NCBI GenBank assembly: GCA_944332005.1 | Contig: CALVJD010000039.1 | Location: 1-42,069, forward strand | DNA length: 42,069 nucleotides | Reading direction: 5' to 3' | DNA from: an uncultured Bacilli bacterium | GTDB taxonomy: Bacteria > Bacillota_I > Bacilli_A > RF39 > UBA660 | In this document: in pieces, positions 20,260 to 28,939 of the stretch | Layout of the letters: each line of letters opens with the position of its first letter | Position numbering within the stretch: position 1 is the stretch's first letter | Made by a program: the position numbers and the translations under genes | Notes under the pieces: generated by a model | Database searches by the model: none | Told to the model about the DNA's origin: nothing | What the model saw: the letters and a program-made list of their open reading frames with translations, nothing else

Positions 20260-20889
20260 TTAATTTTTCGCTTTCATTTCTATATAATCAACAACTTCAC
20301 CCGTTTTATCATTAATGATTTCAATTCGGTAAAAGTCGGGAAGAAATCCTTTATACGCTTTTACAGCCGTTTCTAAAACTTCTTTTGTCGTAACCTTTCT
20401 TCCATCAAATGCATATAACTCCTCCCATTCGATCAAACCATCAAAATCATTATATAATTCTTCTGGCTTACTTGTTTTAATAGCGCTTACATCAGTAGTT
20501 CCATCCCTATAATAGTATTTAAATCGATATATACCATCATCCGGATCTTTATCTATAGTTGCACTTATTACATCACCACTATTTGCATCATAAACCAAAT
20601 GTCCTTTTTTTACATCGACGAGTGCTTCACTATTGTCCACATAACCCAAGACTTCCTTGGTTTCCTCATCTAGGATATCTATACGATAAAGATCAGAAAA
20701 GTTTTGATCATACTCTTGAATTGCAAGTTTTAGATAGTTACCAAAATCTTTTTTCTGATCTGCAGTTGTTTGAAAGTGTTCGTTTTTGGTTAGCGCTTGC
20801 ATTTCCTCATCAAATTCGGAAATATCACTATAACTTTTTTCACTCAATAAAACTTTCCCATTTTTGTAGTAATACTTGAATCGATACAT
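20260..20889 (-). CDS. Hypothetical two-domain protein, copy B (209 aa)
   Basis: AAGGA RBS; paralog of 18426-19055 with the same length. Confidence 0.85.
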   Translation of the reverse strand: MYRFKYYYKNGKVLLSEKSYSDISEFDEEMQALTKNEHFQTTADQKKDFGNYLKLAIQEYDQNFSDLYRIDILDEETKEVLGYVDNSEALVDVKKGHLVYDANSGDVISATIDKDPDDGIYRFKYYYRDGTTDVSAIKTSKPEELYNDFDGLIEWEELYAFDGRKVTTKEVLETAVKAYKGFLPDFYRIEIINDKTGEVVDYIEMKAKN

Positions 20890-20927
20890 AACACCATTCC
20901 TTTTCCGCTCACAGAGTATACTAACGA

Positions 20928-21152
20928 CTAATTCGTATGAATGACCGTCTTTACTTTTTCCAGTAACTCTTCTTCCGTATTAGCAATTACTGGTATATGA
21001 TTCACAATAACAAATGGTTTTGTTCTTCCGATTCCACACATATTTTGACAACCAATCATAATTTTAGCATTGGGATCCAATGCTTCTAATTTCGACTTTA
21101 AAGATTTTACATTCGTTCCTTTACACTGATCACAAATTCGAAATTCATTCAT
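20928..21152 (-). CDS. DUF1450 / YuzB-like Cys-containing small protein
   Basis: CDQC...GCQNMCGIG..KPFVIVN motif; overlaps the pduL-like stop. Confidence 0.8.
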   Translation of the reverse strand: MNEFRICDQCKGTNVKSLKSKLEALDPNAKIMIGCQNMCGIGRTKPFVIVNHIPVIANTEEELLEKVKTVIHTN

Positions 21153-21717
21153 GATCGATCACTTCTCCTAACGTTCCTTTTTCAATGAAAAATCCATTCC
21201 CATCGTCAGTATCGACATGAAGTTCCAAAAATGCTTCCTTTGATATTTTAATATGAACATGATCAAAAATACCACCTTTTTCCGTATCCACTTTCACCGA
21301 TACAATTTGATCATTTTGAAAGCCATATTTCTTGGCATCTTCTTCTGAAATATGAATATGACGATTCGCAATAATACACCCTTGTTCTAACTGAAGCGCT
21401 CCTTTTGGACCAATAATCGTAATAGGTGAACTTCCTTCTAGGTCCCCAGATGTACGAATCGGTGGTTTTAAACCTAATTTAAACGCATCCGTCTTTGAAA
21501 TTTCCACTTGCGTATAACTGCGAACAGGTCCTAATACACGAACGTTCTCAATTTGACTTTTCTCTGTTTTGATCGTGACTTTTTCTAAAGCTGCATATTG
21601 CCCAGGTTGTGTTAGATCACGAGCCTTTGTAAGTTCATATCCTTCACCAAATAACACTTCTAAATCTTCTTTTTTTAAATGTACATGTCGATTTGACACC
21701 CCTATATTAATTTTCAT
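21145..21717 (-). CDS. pduL: PduL-family phosphate acyltransferase
   Basis: GVSNRHVHL, LTQPGQYA, VRVLGP, QVEIS, R.SGDL, ANRHIH, HVDTDDGN. Confidence 0.92.
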   Translation of the reverse strand: MKINIGVSNRHVHLKKEDLEVLFGEGYELTKARDLTQPGQYAALEKVTIKTEKSQIENVRVLGPVRSYTQVEISKTDAFKLGLKPPIRTSGDLEGSSPITIIGPKGALQLEQGCIIANRHIHISEEDAKKYGFQNDQIVSVKVDTEKGGIFDHVHIKISKEAFLELHVDTDDGNGFFIEKGTLGEVIDHE

Positions 21718-21772
21718 CTTATCACCTCATGCTAAGTATAGCATTATTGAAAATAAAATAGCAATCGTTTTT

Positions 21773-21801
21773 TCATAATTCAAACTCTCTTCTCATATTT
21801 T
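21773..21801 (+). promoter_or_regulatory. sigma-E-type promoter of gerQ
   Basis: TCATA-16 nt-CATATTTT. Confidence 0.65.
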
Positions 21802-21824
21802 ATATAGAAAGAAAGGATGATTAG

Positions 21825-22214
21825 ATGAATAATAATAGTTTTTTTAATCCCAATCTAGTGGGGAATAACACGATAGGAACACCACTTTATACGACCAATG
21901 GTACAACCGTACCAAATCAAGAAACCGCACCGTATCAAACCACACCCATCCCGCCAGCTAGTAATTTAGGAGAAGACCCATATATCGAAAATGTTCTAAA
22001 AAAAACAGCCAGACTAAAAGCTAGTGTCTACATGACATTTCCAGATTCTAATGAATGGCGTGACCGCAAATTCGATGGAATATTAGAAGCTTCTGGGAGA
22101 GATCACATTGTACTAAGTGAACCATCGACAGGAAATTGGTATATTCTTCCATTAATTTATATGGATTTCATTTCTTTCGATGAAAATCTTGCAAATTATC
22201 TTCGTAAATCTTGA
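21825..22214 (+). CDS. gerQ: Spore coat protein GerQ
   Basis: Low-complexity P/Q/N N-terminus, then YIENVL...VYMTF..SNEW..RKFDGILEASGRDHIVLS. Confidence 0.9.
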   Translation: MNNNSFFNPNLVGNNTIGTPLYTTNGTTVPNQETAPYQTTPIPPASNLGEDPYIENVLKKTARLKASVYMTFPDSNEWRDRKFDGILEASGRDHIVLSEPSTGNWYILPLIYMDFISFDENLANYLRKS

Positions 22215-22256
22215 TAAAGCCATTTAACACTGTTATAATGTATATAAGGTGATCGT

Positions 22257-22802
22257 ATGGATATTGTGATGTATGTTTTGATGATTTTTATACTTGTTTG
22301 TATATTTCTTATGTGGTACATCACGACATACAACAAGTATCAATCTTATATTATTCGTATCAACGAAGCAGAAGCAAATATTGATTCTACCCTTCGTAAG
22401 CGATTTGATTTATTAAATAAATCAATTGGCATTTTAAAAGTCAATTTAAAGACCGAAGATGAAATATTAGATAAAGTTGTAAAACTTCGTTCTAAAAAGC
22501 TAACCAACTTTGAACTCGATCGCGAACTATACGAAGTAATCAATGAATTTCATGTCGTAATGGAAAGTAATCCAGATCTAAAGACACATGAAGAATTAAT
22601 GAAAATTGTCATTAGTTTGAATGATACCGAAATTGAAATTTCTGCTTTACGCAAATATTATAATAATATTATTACAGATTATAACAAATTGATACGTACT
22701 TTTCCATCTAACGTGGTAGGAAAATTCGCAAAATACAAACTTCGTACTTACTTTGATGGAAAAAACATGGAAGATAATATCTATAACGATTTTAAATTAT
22801 AA
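22257..22802 (+). CDS. LemA family protein
   Basis: N-terminal TM; YN...ID..L.KRFDL; PDLK; YYN..I..YN..IRTFPSN. Confidence 0.9.
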   Translation: MDIVMYVLMIFILVCIFLMWYITTYNKYQSYIIRINEAEANIDSTLRKRFDLLNKSIGILKVNLKTEDEILDKVVKLRSKKLTNFELDRELYEVINEFHVVMESNPDLKTHEELMKIVISLNDTEIEISALRKYYNNIITDYNKLIRTFPSNVVGKFAKYKLRTYFDGKNMEDNIYNDFKL

Positions 22803-22835
22803 AAAACAAATAGCGAAAAGGCTATTTGTTTTTTC
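22801..22835. terminator. Bidirectional terminator
   Basis: AAAAAACAAATAGC / GCTATTTGTTTTTT inverted repeat. Confidence 0.75.
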
Positions 22836-22854
22836 TTATATCAATAGGAACACT

Positions 22855-23307
22855 TTAATTCAATAAGTAAATGGCAAAATTAAGATAGGCTGCAAAGATA
22901 AGCCATAAGAAATAAGGTATTTGAAGATAAGCAGCTTTCTTATCGACCTTATAAAATTCATAGATCATCTTTCCTACTAAAAGAATCAGTAATATAATCC
23001 ATAAAAATGATAATCCATAATTTTTGAAATTAAAGAAAAATAATGGCCATAATAAATTCACAGTTAATTGTAAAATATACCACCTCAGTCCTTCCGTTCC
23101 ATCTTTTGATTTCAAAATAAAATAACTAGAAATTCCCATTAATAAATATAAGATCGTCCATACAACTGGGAATACCCACTTTGGTGGAGCCAAAAATGGT
23201 TTGATCATTGCTCCATAAGATTCTACATCCAAGAAAAGCGCAATTAGACTTCCTAACACTGCAGGAATCATTGTACAAACAAGTAATGTTTTCCAATCAA
23301 TTTTCAT
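22855..23307 (-). CDS. tspO: TspO/MBR family protein
   Basis: KP..APPKWVFPVVWTILYLLMG, QL..N..W...FF, PYFLW..FAAYLN; start at ATG 23307 after GAGGTG. Confidence 0.92.
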   Translation of the reverse strand: MKIDWKTLLVCTMIPAVLGSLIALFLDVESYGAMIKPFLAPPKWVFPVVWTILYLLMGISSYFILKSKDGTEGLRWYILQLTVNLLWPLFFFNFKNYGLSFLWIILLILLVGKMIYEFYKVDKKAAYLQIPYFLWLIFAAYLNFAIYLLN

Positions 23308-23378
23308 TGTTTCACCTCTACTACTAACATATTTAAAAAATGAAAAAACATGCACAAAATAAAAGAAGAAAAGGTTGA

Positions 23379-24017
23379 TTATTTCTTCTTATTTTGTTTC
23401 TTATAATATTTACAGATTTCTTGTAATCCACAATGTTGACAATCAGGATTAGAAGCTTTACAGTAATACCTTCCAAATAATACTAATTGATGATGTAAGC
23501 GACTAAGTTTTTCTTTTGGAAATTTTTTATTTAACTTCTTTTCGATCGTAAGTACATCATCTGTTTCTTTGGCAAGTCCTAAACGTTTGCTGACACGTGA
23601 AACATGAGTATCTACCGCAATAACTGGTAAATCATATAAATTGCTGAGAACTACATTCGTCGTTTTTCTGCCAACTCCACTTAACGTCTCTAAAAATTCT
23701 CGATCATTGGGAACCATTCCATTGCTTTTTTCGATCAATGCACCAGCAATTTGTTTAATGTTGAGAGCCTTTTTATGAAACGTTCCAATTGGTCTAATAA
23801 TATTCATCAAATCCTCGATATCAGCATCTCTTAAAGCTTCTAAAGTAGGATATTTTTGAAATAAAATAGCGGTTACTTGATTGACTCTCTTATCAGTCGT
23901 TTGGGCACTGAGCATAACAGCAATCAATAATTCATAGTCTTTATGATAATTTAATTCACATCTTGGATTGGGAATCAATTGATCCCAGTAATCCATCATG
24001 TTATTCACTTCTGTCAT
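23379..24017 (-). CDS. nth: Endonuclease III
   Basis: LLIAVMLSAQTTD, HhH GVGRKT, AVDTHV, FeS motif C-x6-C-x2-C-x5-C. Confidence 0.96.
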   Translation of the reverse strand: MTEVNNMMDYWDQLIPNPRCELNYHKDYELLIAVMLSAQTTDKRVNQVTAILFQKYPTLEALRDADIEDLMNIIRPIGTFHKKALNIKQIAGALIEKSNGMVPNDREFLETLSGVGRKTTNVVLSNLYDLPVIAVDTHVSRVSKRLGLAKETDDVLTIEKKLNKKFPKEKLSRLHHQLVLFGRYYCKASNPDCQHCGLQEICKYYKKQNKKK

Positions 24018-24663
24018 TTAGCCAATCATAATCGAAAAGTTCTTTCGGTTCTTGTTTGCGTTCCATAAAGCTTTTCTTTTCCCTTTCCATGTCTTCTTTA
24101 CTATGAATGCCCTTTTTCTTCCATTCATATAAAATTTTATCGATATAACGTAAATTAAATACACCATTGTAAACAGCTTCTTTTAAAGCCAGCAACACGA
24201 CCTCTTCCGTAAACTCACCATCTAACCATCCTCCGATGATTTCATATTCCATACTAGATAAAGTTCTACCAAATTCTTGTTCAAAAGCGTCATATACATT
24301 TGTCTTCTTCGCTTCTTCTTGTACAGGTTTGCCATTGACGATAAAAAACGCTAATTTTTTATAGAGTTCTTCAAAGGAAATGCGCTCCTCTACTTTATTT
24401 CCATTTTTCACTACTTTGATTTCTAAACAATCTTTACTTGCTATATTATTGACAATTTCTAATACTTCATTCAAAGAGTATCCTAAATCTTCCCCAATCT
24501 TCTTAGGATTAAATAATTTATCATTCTCATTCCATAGATAAATGATAAACAACAATTCTTGTTCCGTCAATTTAAATTCACGGCAACTTTGAAATAAAAT
24601 TTTAGGTACAGTAATTGTTTGCTCTTTTAGAAGTTCTATTATTTTATCCATCATAAGCGTCAC
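24001..24663 (-). CDS. dnaD: DnaD replication initiation protein
   Basis: FEQEFGR.LS.ME, LALKEAV, YIDKIL.EW, C-terminal YDWL; dnaD-nth synteny. Exact start uncertain (24654/24651 possible). Confidence 0.93.
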   Translation of the reverse strand: MTLMMDKIIELLKEQTITVPKILFQSCREFKLTEQELLFIIYLWNENDKLFNPKKIGEDLGYSLNEVLEIVNNIASKDCLEIKVVKNGNKVEERISFEELYKKLAFFIVNGKPVQEEAKKTNVYDAFEQEFGRTLSSMEYEIIGGWLDGEFTEEVVLLALKEAVYNGVFNLRYIDKILYEWKKKGIHSKEDMEREKKSFMERKQEPKELFDYDWLNDRSE

Positions 24664-24702
24664 CTTGTCTAATATTATACAACAAAAGTTTCTATTTGTA
24701 TA

Positions 24703-25314
24703 TCAAAAAGGTAAAGTGAGTGTATCAAAATCATCGTCCTTCCATTTTAAAGTAACCAAATATCCTGCTTTCAATTCCAAAGTGCGATATAATAAATTCG
24801 TATTCTGTGAAATAGGAGAAGATTCTATAATCAGTTTTACTTCATCTGGTATTTCTAATTGCACTTGATAAGGCACATAAAGATAATCACAATCTATAAA
24901 TGTTTGTTCTTTCTCGATAATACAAAGAGATTGATTTTGATAAGTAAGTTTCAAATATGGATCACTGGTAAAGGTAATGAAATCATCTTGATAGTAAGTA
25001 ATCACCTCTACTTTATCTCTTTTATAACCCGCTTGATCGTTTGAAACCCATATTTTGGTTGCTGGATATTCTTGATAGCGCTCTAAAAACAATTTGAGTT
25101 TTTCTTTATTTTCTATTTGTAAAAGAAAAAGATAACTAACCTGATTATTTTGTATTAATAATGCATGATTGCCACTTTCCTGATAAAAAGTAATTCCTAG
25201 TTCATCTTCTTTTAATTGAAAATGATAGCGATCTTTTGAATTGACACTACCTCTCATCATGAGAAGAGAACCTATTAAGATGAAAGCAATGATCCATACA
25301 CTCCATTTTTTCAT
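24703..25314 (-). CDS. Hypothetical membrane-anchored/exported protein
   Basis: MKK + hydrophobic helix; upstream CATACCTT (25342-25335) resembles a sigma-E -10. Confidence 0.7.
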   Translation of the reverse strand: MKKWSVWIIAFILIGSLLMMRGSVNSKDRYHFQLKEDELGITFYQESGNHALLIQNNQVSYLFLLQIENKEKLKLFLERYQEYPATKIWVSNDQAGYKRDKVEVITYYQDDFITFTSDPYLKLTYQNQSLCIIEKEQTFIDCDYLYVPYQVQLEIPDEVKLIIESSPISQNTNLLYRTLELKAGYLVTLKWKDDDFDTLTLPF

Positions 25315-25359
25315 TTTAAAACACATCCTACTATAAGGTATGTGTTTTATTTTCGTTTA

Positions 25360-26139
25360 TTAATCTTGGTCAAGTTGTTTCAAGTAGTTTTGTTCTTTTT
25401 TTGAAAATGGGTAACGATCAGCGACATCTAGTTCTCTCCAAATGTTCCAAAGTCCTTTGGTTTGAATATTCGCTAAACGAGATAATTCCAAGGGACCATC
25501 TAATCCATAATGAAGGATGAGAGAAACACCTTTTTCGGTACTAAAAATTTGATCCAATTCTTCTCTTTTTCGTTCGTAAGATAGTGTTTTAAGCAAATCT
25601 TTTTTCTTTTTGATCGCTTCTTCTAATTCACAATCCAATTTAAAATTTAAAGTAGAAGCAAAACGAATCGCACGTAAAATACGTAAAGCATCTTCTTCTA
25701 AACGGTCCATGCTATTTCCTACCGTTCGAATGATCTTATGGTCCATATCCTTTCTCGCTCCCAATAAATCGACATAATTACCATTCCAATCGATACATAA
25801 AGTATTCATGATAAAATCTCTTCGTATGAGATCTTCTTCTAAAGTATCGACAAATTCGATTCTTCTTGGAATACGATGATGCTCGTAATTATATTCCTTA
25901 CGAAAAGTGGTAATTTCATAATGATTATGATGAATCTTTAAACGTACTGCTCCATAAGAAGCAAATGATAAATCCGCTTCCGGATAAATTCTAGCGATTT
26001 CTTCTGGTGTCGCTTTCGTACAAATATCGAAGTCTTCACTCTCCAATCCCAGATAATGATCGCGGGGATAACCCCCTACCAGATAAGCTTCATATCCATA
26101 TTTTTTTAGTGTTTGAAGAACTTGCAATGCTTCTTTCAT
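25360..26139 (-). CDS. cca: tRNA nucleotidyltransferase (class II CCA-type), short form
   Basis: VGGYPRD, DFDI, EITTFR, DLIRRDF..N, EDALRILRAIRF, ER...E. Confidence 0.88.
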   Translation of the reverse strand: MKEALQVLQTLKKYGYEAYLVGGYPRDHYLGLESEDFDICTKATPEEIARIYPEADLSFASYGAVRLKIHHNHYEITTFRKEYNYEHHRIPRRIEFVDTLEEDLIRRDFIMNTLCIDWNGNYVDLLGARKDMDHKIIRTVGNSMDRLEEDALRILRAIRFASTLNFKLDCELEEAIKKKKDLLKTLSYERKREELDQIFSTEKGVSLILHYGLDGPLELSRLANIQTKGLWNIWRELDVADRYPFSKKEQNYLKQLDQD

Positions 26140-26148
26140 AGTTCCTCC

Positions 26149-27513
26149 TTATATTTGTGGATTCAAAAAGGCAATATTTTGATAGAGTTCTGTAAAAGGA
26201 TATGGTAAATCCGCCACAGTTCCAAACAGGAACAGAATATGATCAGATGACAACATCAAATATTCATCTTGTACAATTCCTCCAACTTGAAAAGAAATAC
26301 CAATGAGTTCTAACAATTCCAACGAAACTTCTCGATTTAAAATTGTCACATTTCTCTCTGTTAAAATCGTTTGATAAGAAGCAGGAATCTCCTCGATCGA
26401 TCTCACTACAATATAATAAGATTCTTGGTATTTGGTGATAATTTGATCCCATAGATTGGCAAATGCTTCTTCACTATAACCACTACTGACAGGATTCGTT
26501 ATGGTCACAATAAGATATGGTCGATCCAGTTCTTCCCATTCTTCTAGTCCTTCTACGTTAAAATTAAGATAACTAAGTACTCGATTTTTCGCTTCTTCCG
26601 ATAACTGTCCATACAATTCTGAAAAAAGACGTGTATCGATTCTATCCTTCAATTCAGCTTTCATTTGTTCATCTGATCCTAATACAAGCTCTGCATAAGG
26701 AAGTAAAAAGTGATGATTATCTAAATTGGTAGCTGCAAAAATCATCTTTTCATCATCGATCACATTCGCATCAGCTTTAGTTTTTCGAATGAGATCGAGA
26801 TCTTTTAAAAATTGCTTTTGAATCGTTAAGAAATGTTGATAATCTTCTCCTTGTAAAGTATTTTTATAACTCGTCATGCCATCACTCAAATAAGTAACCT
26901 CGTAACGGTGATTGCCTAGTCCTAAAGATGCCATAATAGAAAATTCTATCTGATAATAATCTTCACTTAGATAAAGATGGAAATAAGCATTCTCATCTTT
27001 CGCTAAGACATTTTTTACTTGTTCCGTTGCTTCTGATATTACGTTGTCTAGTGATGTCTCATCAATCTTATGCATCAATTTTAAATTAGAACGATTTTTA
27101 AGATTATCTTCTTGAAAAAAATCAGAACTTAAATACCATACATAAGCTTCATTCATATTGCTAGATAAGAAGATACTACTATAATAAGCGGACACTTCAC
27201 TACCAATAAAATAAAAATCGTAAGAAGTATCTTTCTCAACATCTTGAATCACCACTGTCTTTTTATGAACACCCGATACAATTTCATACGTACCAACTTC
27301 ATAAATGCCTGTTCCTTCTTCGTAGACTTCGCCATTAACAGTCACTTGATTTTCACTTTCTATTTTAAATGGTTTGGTATTACGATCTAAATAATAGATA
27401 GGATCCCCGTTGTAATCAACAATCTTAAAGTCACCTCTTTCTTGAATCGTAATAACCGCTACCATAACAAGTAAAATAACACTAATAATCATGATGAAAT
27501 GTTTTCTTTCCAT
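26149..27513 (-). CDS. Membrane-anchored protein with degenerate GT80 sialyltransferase-like domain
   Basis: N-terminal TM; YLSDG.TSY, SLELL...G...VGG..., ILFLF follow the GT80 motif order; KGHP absent. Confidence 0.5.
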   Translation of the reverse strand: MERKHFIMIISVILLVMVAVITIQERGDFKIVDYNGDPIYYLDRNTKPFKIESENQVTVNGEVYEEGTGIYEVGTYEIVSGVHKKTVVIQDVEKDTSYDFYFIGSEVSAYYSSIFLSSNMNEAYVWYLSSDFFQEDNLKNRSNLKLMHKIDETSLDNVISEATEQVKNVLAKDENAYFHLYLSEDYYQIEFSIMASLGLGNHRYEVTYLSDGMTSYKNTLQGEDYQHFLTIQKQFLKDLDLIRKTKADANVIDDEKMIFAATNLDNHHFLLPYAELVLGSDEQMKAELKDRIDTRLFSELYGQLSEEAKNRVLSYLNFNVEGLEEWEELDRPYLIVTITNPVSSGYSEEAFANLWDQIITKYQESYYIVVRSIEEIPASYQTILTERNVTILNREVSLELLELIGISFQVGGIVQDEYLMLSSDHILFLFGTVADLPYPFTELYQNIAFLNPQI

Positions 27514-27544
27514 ATAACTACTCCCACTTTATTTTCTGTTTTTA

Positions 27545-27573
27545 TTATACTTTTATTTTAGAAGCAAGTCAAT
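27545..27573 (-). promoter_or_regulatory. sigma-A promoter of the GT80-like gene and cca
   Basis: TTGACT-17 nt-TATAAT. Confidence 0.7.
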
Positions 27574-27585
27574 GTAGGCAAAATA

Positions 27586-27603
27586 AAAAAGGCTTTCGCC
27601 TTT
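27586..27603 (-). terminator. hup terminator
   Basis: On the minus strand AAAGGC-GAAA-GCCTTT followed by T run. Confidence 0.65.
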
Positions 27604-27607
27604 CCTA

Positions 27608-27880
27608 TTAATTTAAAGCGTCTTTTAATTTAGATCCAGCTTTAACAGCAACAGCAATTCTTGCAGGAATTTTAACAGTTTCACCAGTTCTTGGATTACG
27701 TCCTTCTTTTGCTTCTTTCTTTTTAGCTGTAAAAGTACAGAATCCAGTTAACTTTACAGATCCTTCTTCTTTTAATCCTTTAATTACTCCACTCATCATA
27801 GCTTCTAAAGCTCTAGCTGAGTCAGCTTTCGTTAATCCTGTTTGTTCTGCAATATAATTTGTTAAATCTTGTTTTGTCAT
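27608..27880 (-). CDS. hup: DNA-binding protein HU
   Basis: MTKQDL, GF.TF, GRNPRTGE..KIPA, KAG..LK. Confidence 0.96.
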   Translation of the reverse strand: MTKQDLTNYIAEQTGLTKADSARALEAMMSGVIKGLKEEGSVKLTGFCTFTAKKKEAKEGRNPRTGETVKIPARIAVAVKAGSKLKDALN

Positions 27881-28006
27881 TCTATGTTACCTCCCAATTT
27901 TTAATAAGCTCTTTAGCTTACACATACAGAATATCATCTTTTTTTAGGAAAAGCAATATTTTTCTTTGATTTTTCAAACTTTTTTCTAAAAAAAGAGACT
28001 ACTCAT

Positions 28007-28861
28007 CTAAGTTAAATCCACAACTGTAATTCCCATTGCAAATAAATCATTAAAATAATGAAAGAAACCACTACTATAGCTAAGTTTAATAATCGCACTG
28101 TTCACGATGATAGTCGTTTTCTCTTTTACCATCTTTCCTCTTACTTTCTTTGGAAACAATCCTTTAGAAGGTGTAATAATTCCTTTCGTTCCACGATACC
28201 ATTCAGGCATCAATCCATTATGAGTATGACCAGATAAAATCAGATCAAATTGATGAATTGGTGTATTACGATAATATTGATCTCGCGTCAGATTGATTGG
28301 ACTATGAAGAAGTAAAATCGAATAACGATCTTTTTTTAAAATAGGAATATGTTCATTACTATCTTGAACAAAAAGACGTAATTGTTCTTCCTTATCTTTA
28401 CTTTTATAATAAGTAAATGGTGGATTATATCCATAAAAGTAAATATGATCTAGTTCTACTCCTTCAGAATCTAAGAAATAAAGATTTGACATTTTTTTTA
28501 AAGCTTGAATCCACTCAGGATAATAGGCCTCTACCCAATCTTCTTTTTTGGATTGATTTCTAACCGGTTTCATTTCTTCTAAATCATGATTTCCCAATGT
28601 CATAATAACAGGTGCCAAATGCGTTAACTCTTTTAAAAAATGATAAAATGGCTTCATATCCGCTTTCACACTCACATCGACACGATCTAATAAATCACCA
28701 GGAATACAAATATAATCCGGTTCCAATGGTTTTATTTTCGATAAAATCATAGAAAAACGTTCTCTTTTATACTTCATATGATAGTGAATATCTGCTATCA
28801 TAACAATGCGTTTTTTTTGGTTAGTACCAGTTACTTGATAATTCGTAATTGCCGTTCTCAT
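28007..28861 (-). CDS. Calcineurin-like metallophosphoesterase (YkuE/YaeI-like)
   Basis: DIH, GDLLD, GNHD, HSP, SGHTHNG. Confidence 0.92.
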   Translation of the reverse strand: MRTAITNYQVTGTNQKKRIVMIADIHYHMKYKRERFSMILSKIKPLEPDYICIPGDLLDRVDVSVKADMKPFYHFLKELTHLAPVIMTLGNHDLEEMKPVRNQSKKEDWVEAYYPEWIQALKKMSNLYFLDSEGVELDHIYFYGYNPPFTYYKSKDKEEQLRLFVQDSNEHIPILKKDRYSILLLHSPINLTRDQYYRNTPIHQFDLILSGHTHNGLMPEWYRGTKGIITPSKGLFPKKVRGKMVKEKTTIIVNSAIIKLSYSSGFFHYFNDLFAMGITVVDLT

Positions 28862-28915
28862 ACGTCACCCCTAGTCTTTCTTCATTATATATAAGAAATG
28901 GGAAGATAGCAAGAA

Positions 28916-28939
28916 AGAAAGTGAAAATTCACTTTCTTG
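28916..28939 (-). terminator. Hairpin after spoIVA
   Basis: AGAAAGTGAA / TTCACTTTCT inverted repeat. Confidence 0.55.

Larger units (their letters stand above)
18441..20889 (-). repeat. ~615-nt direct repeat pair (18441-19055 and 20275-20889) flanking the HExxH gene
   Basis: Long identical nucleotide runs shared by both copies, e.g. ccactatttgcatcataaaccaaatgtcc and ttgaattgcaagttttagatagttaccaaaatc. Confidence 0.9.

Noticed and set aside
18749-20879. Two similar His-rich plus-strand ORFs (18749-19045 and 20559-20879)
   Set aside because: They are antisense shadows of the duplicated 209-aa genes, so their similarity is a by-product.
18441-20889. Direct repeats as IS elements/composite transposon or as a DGR TR/VR pair
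   Set aside because: No transposase motifs or terminal inverted repeats; differences are not adenine-specific and both copies are intact ORFs.
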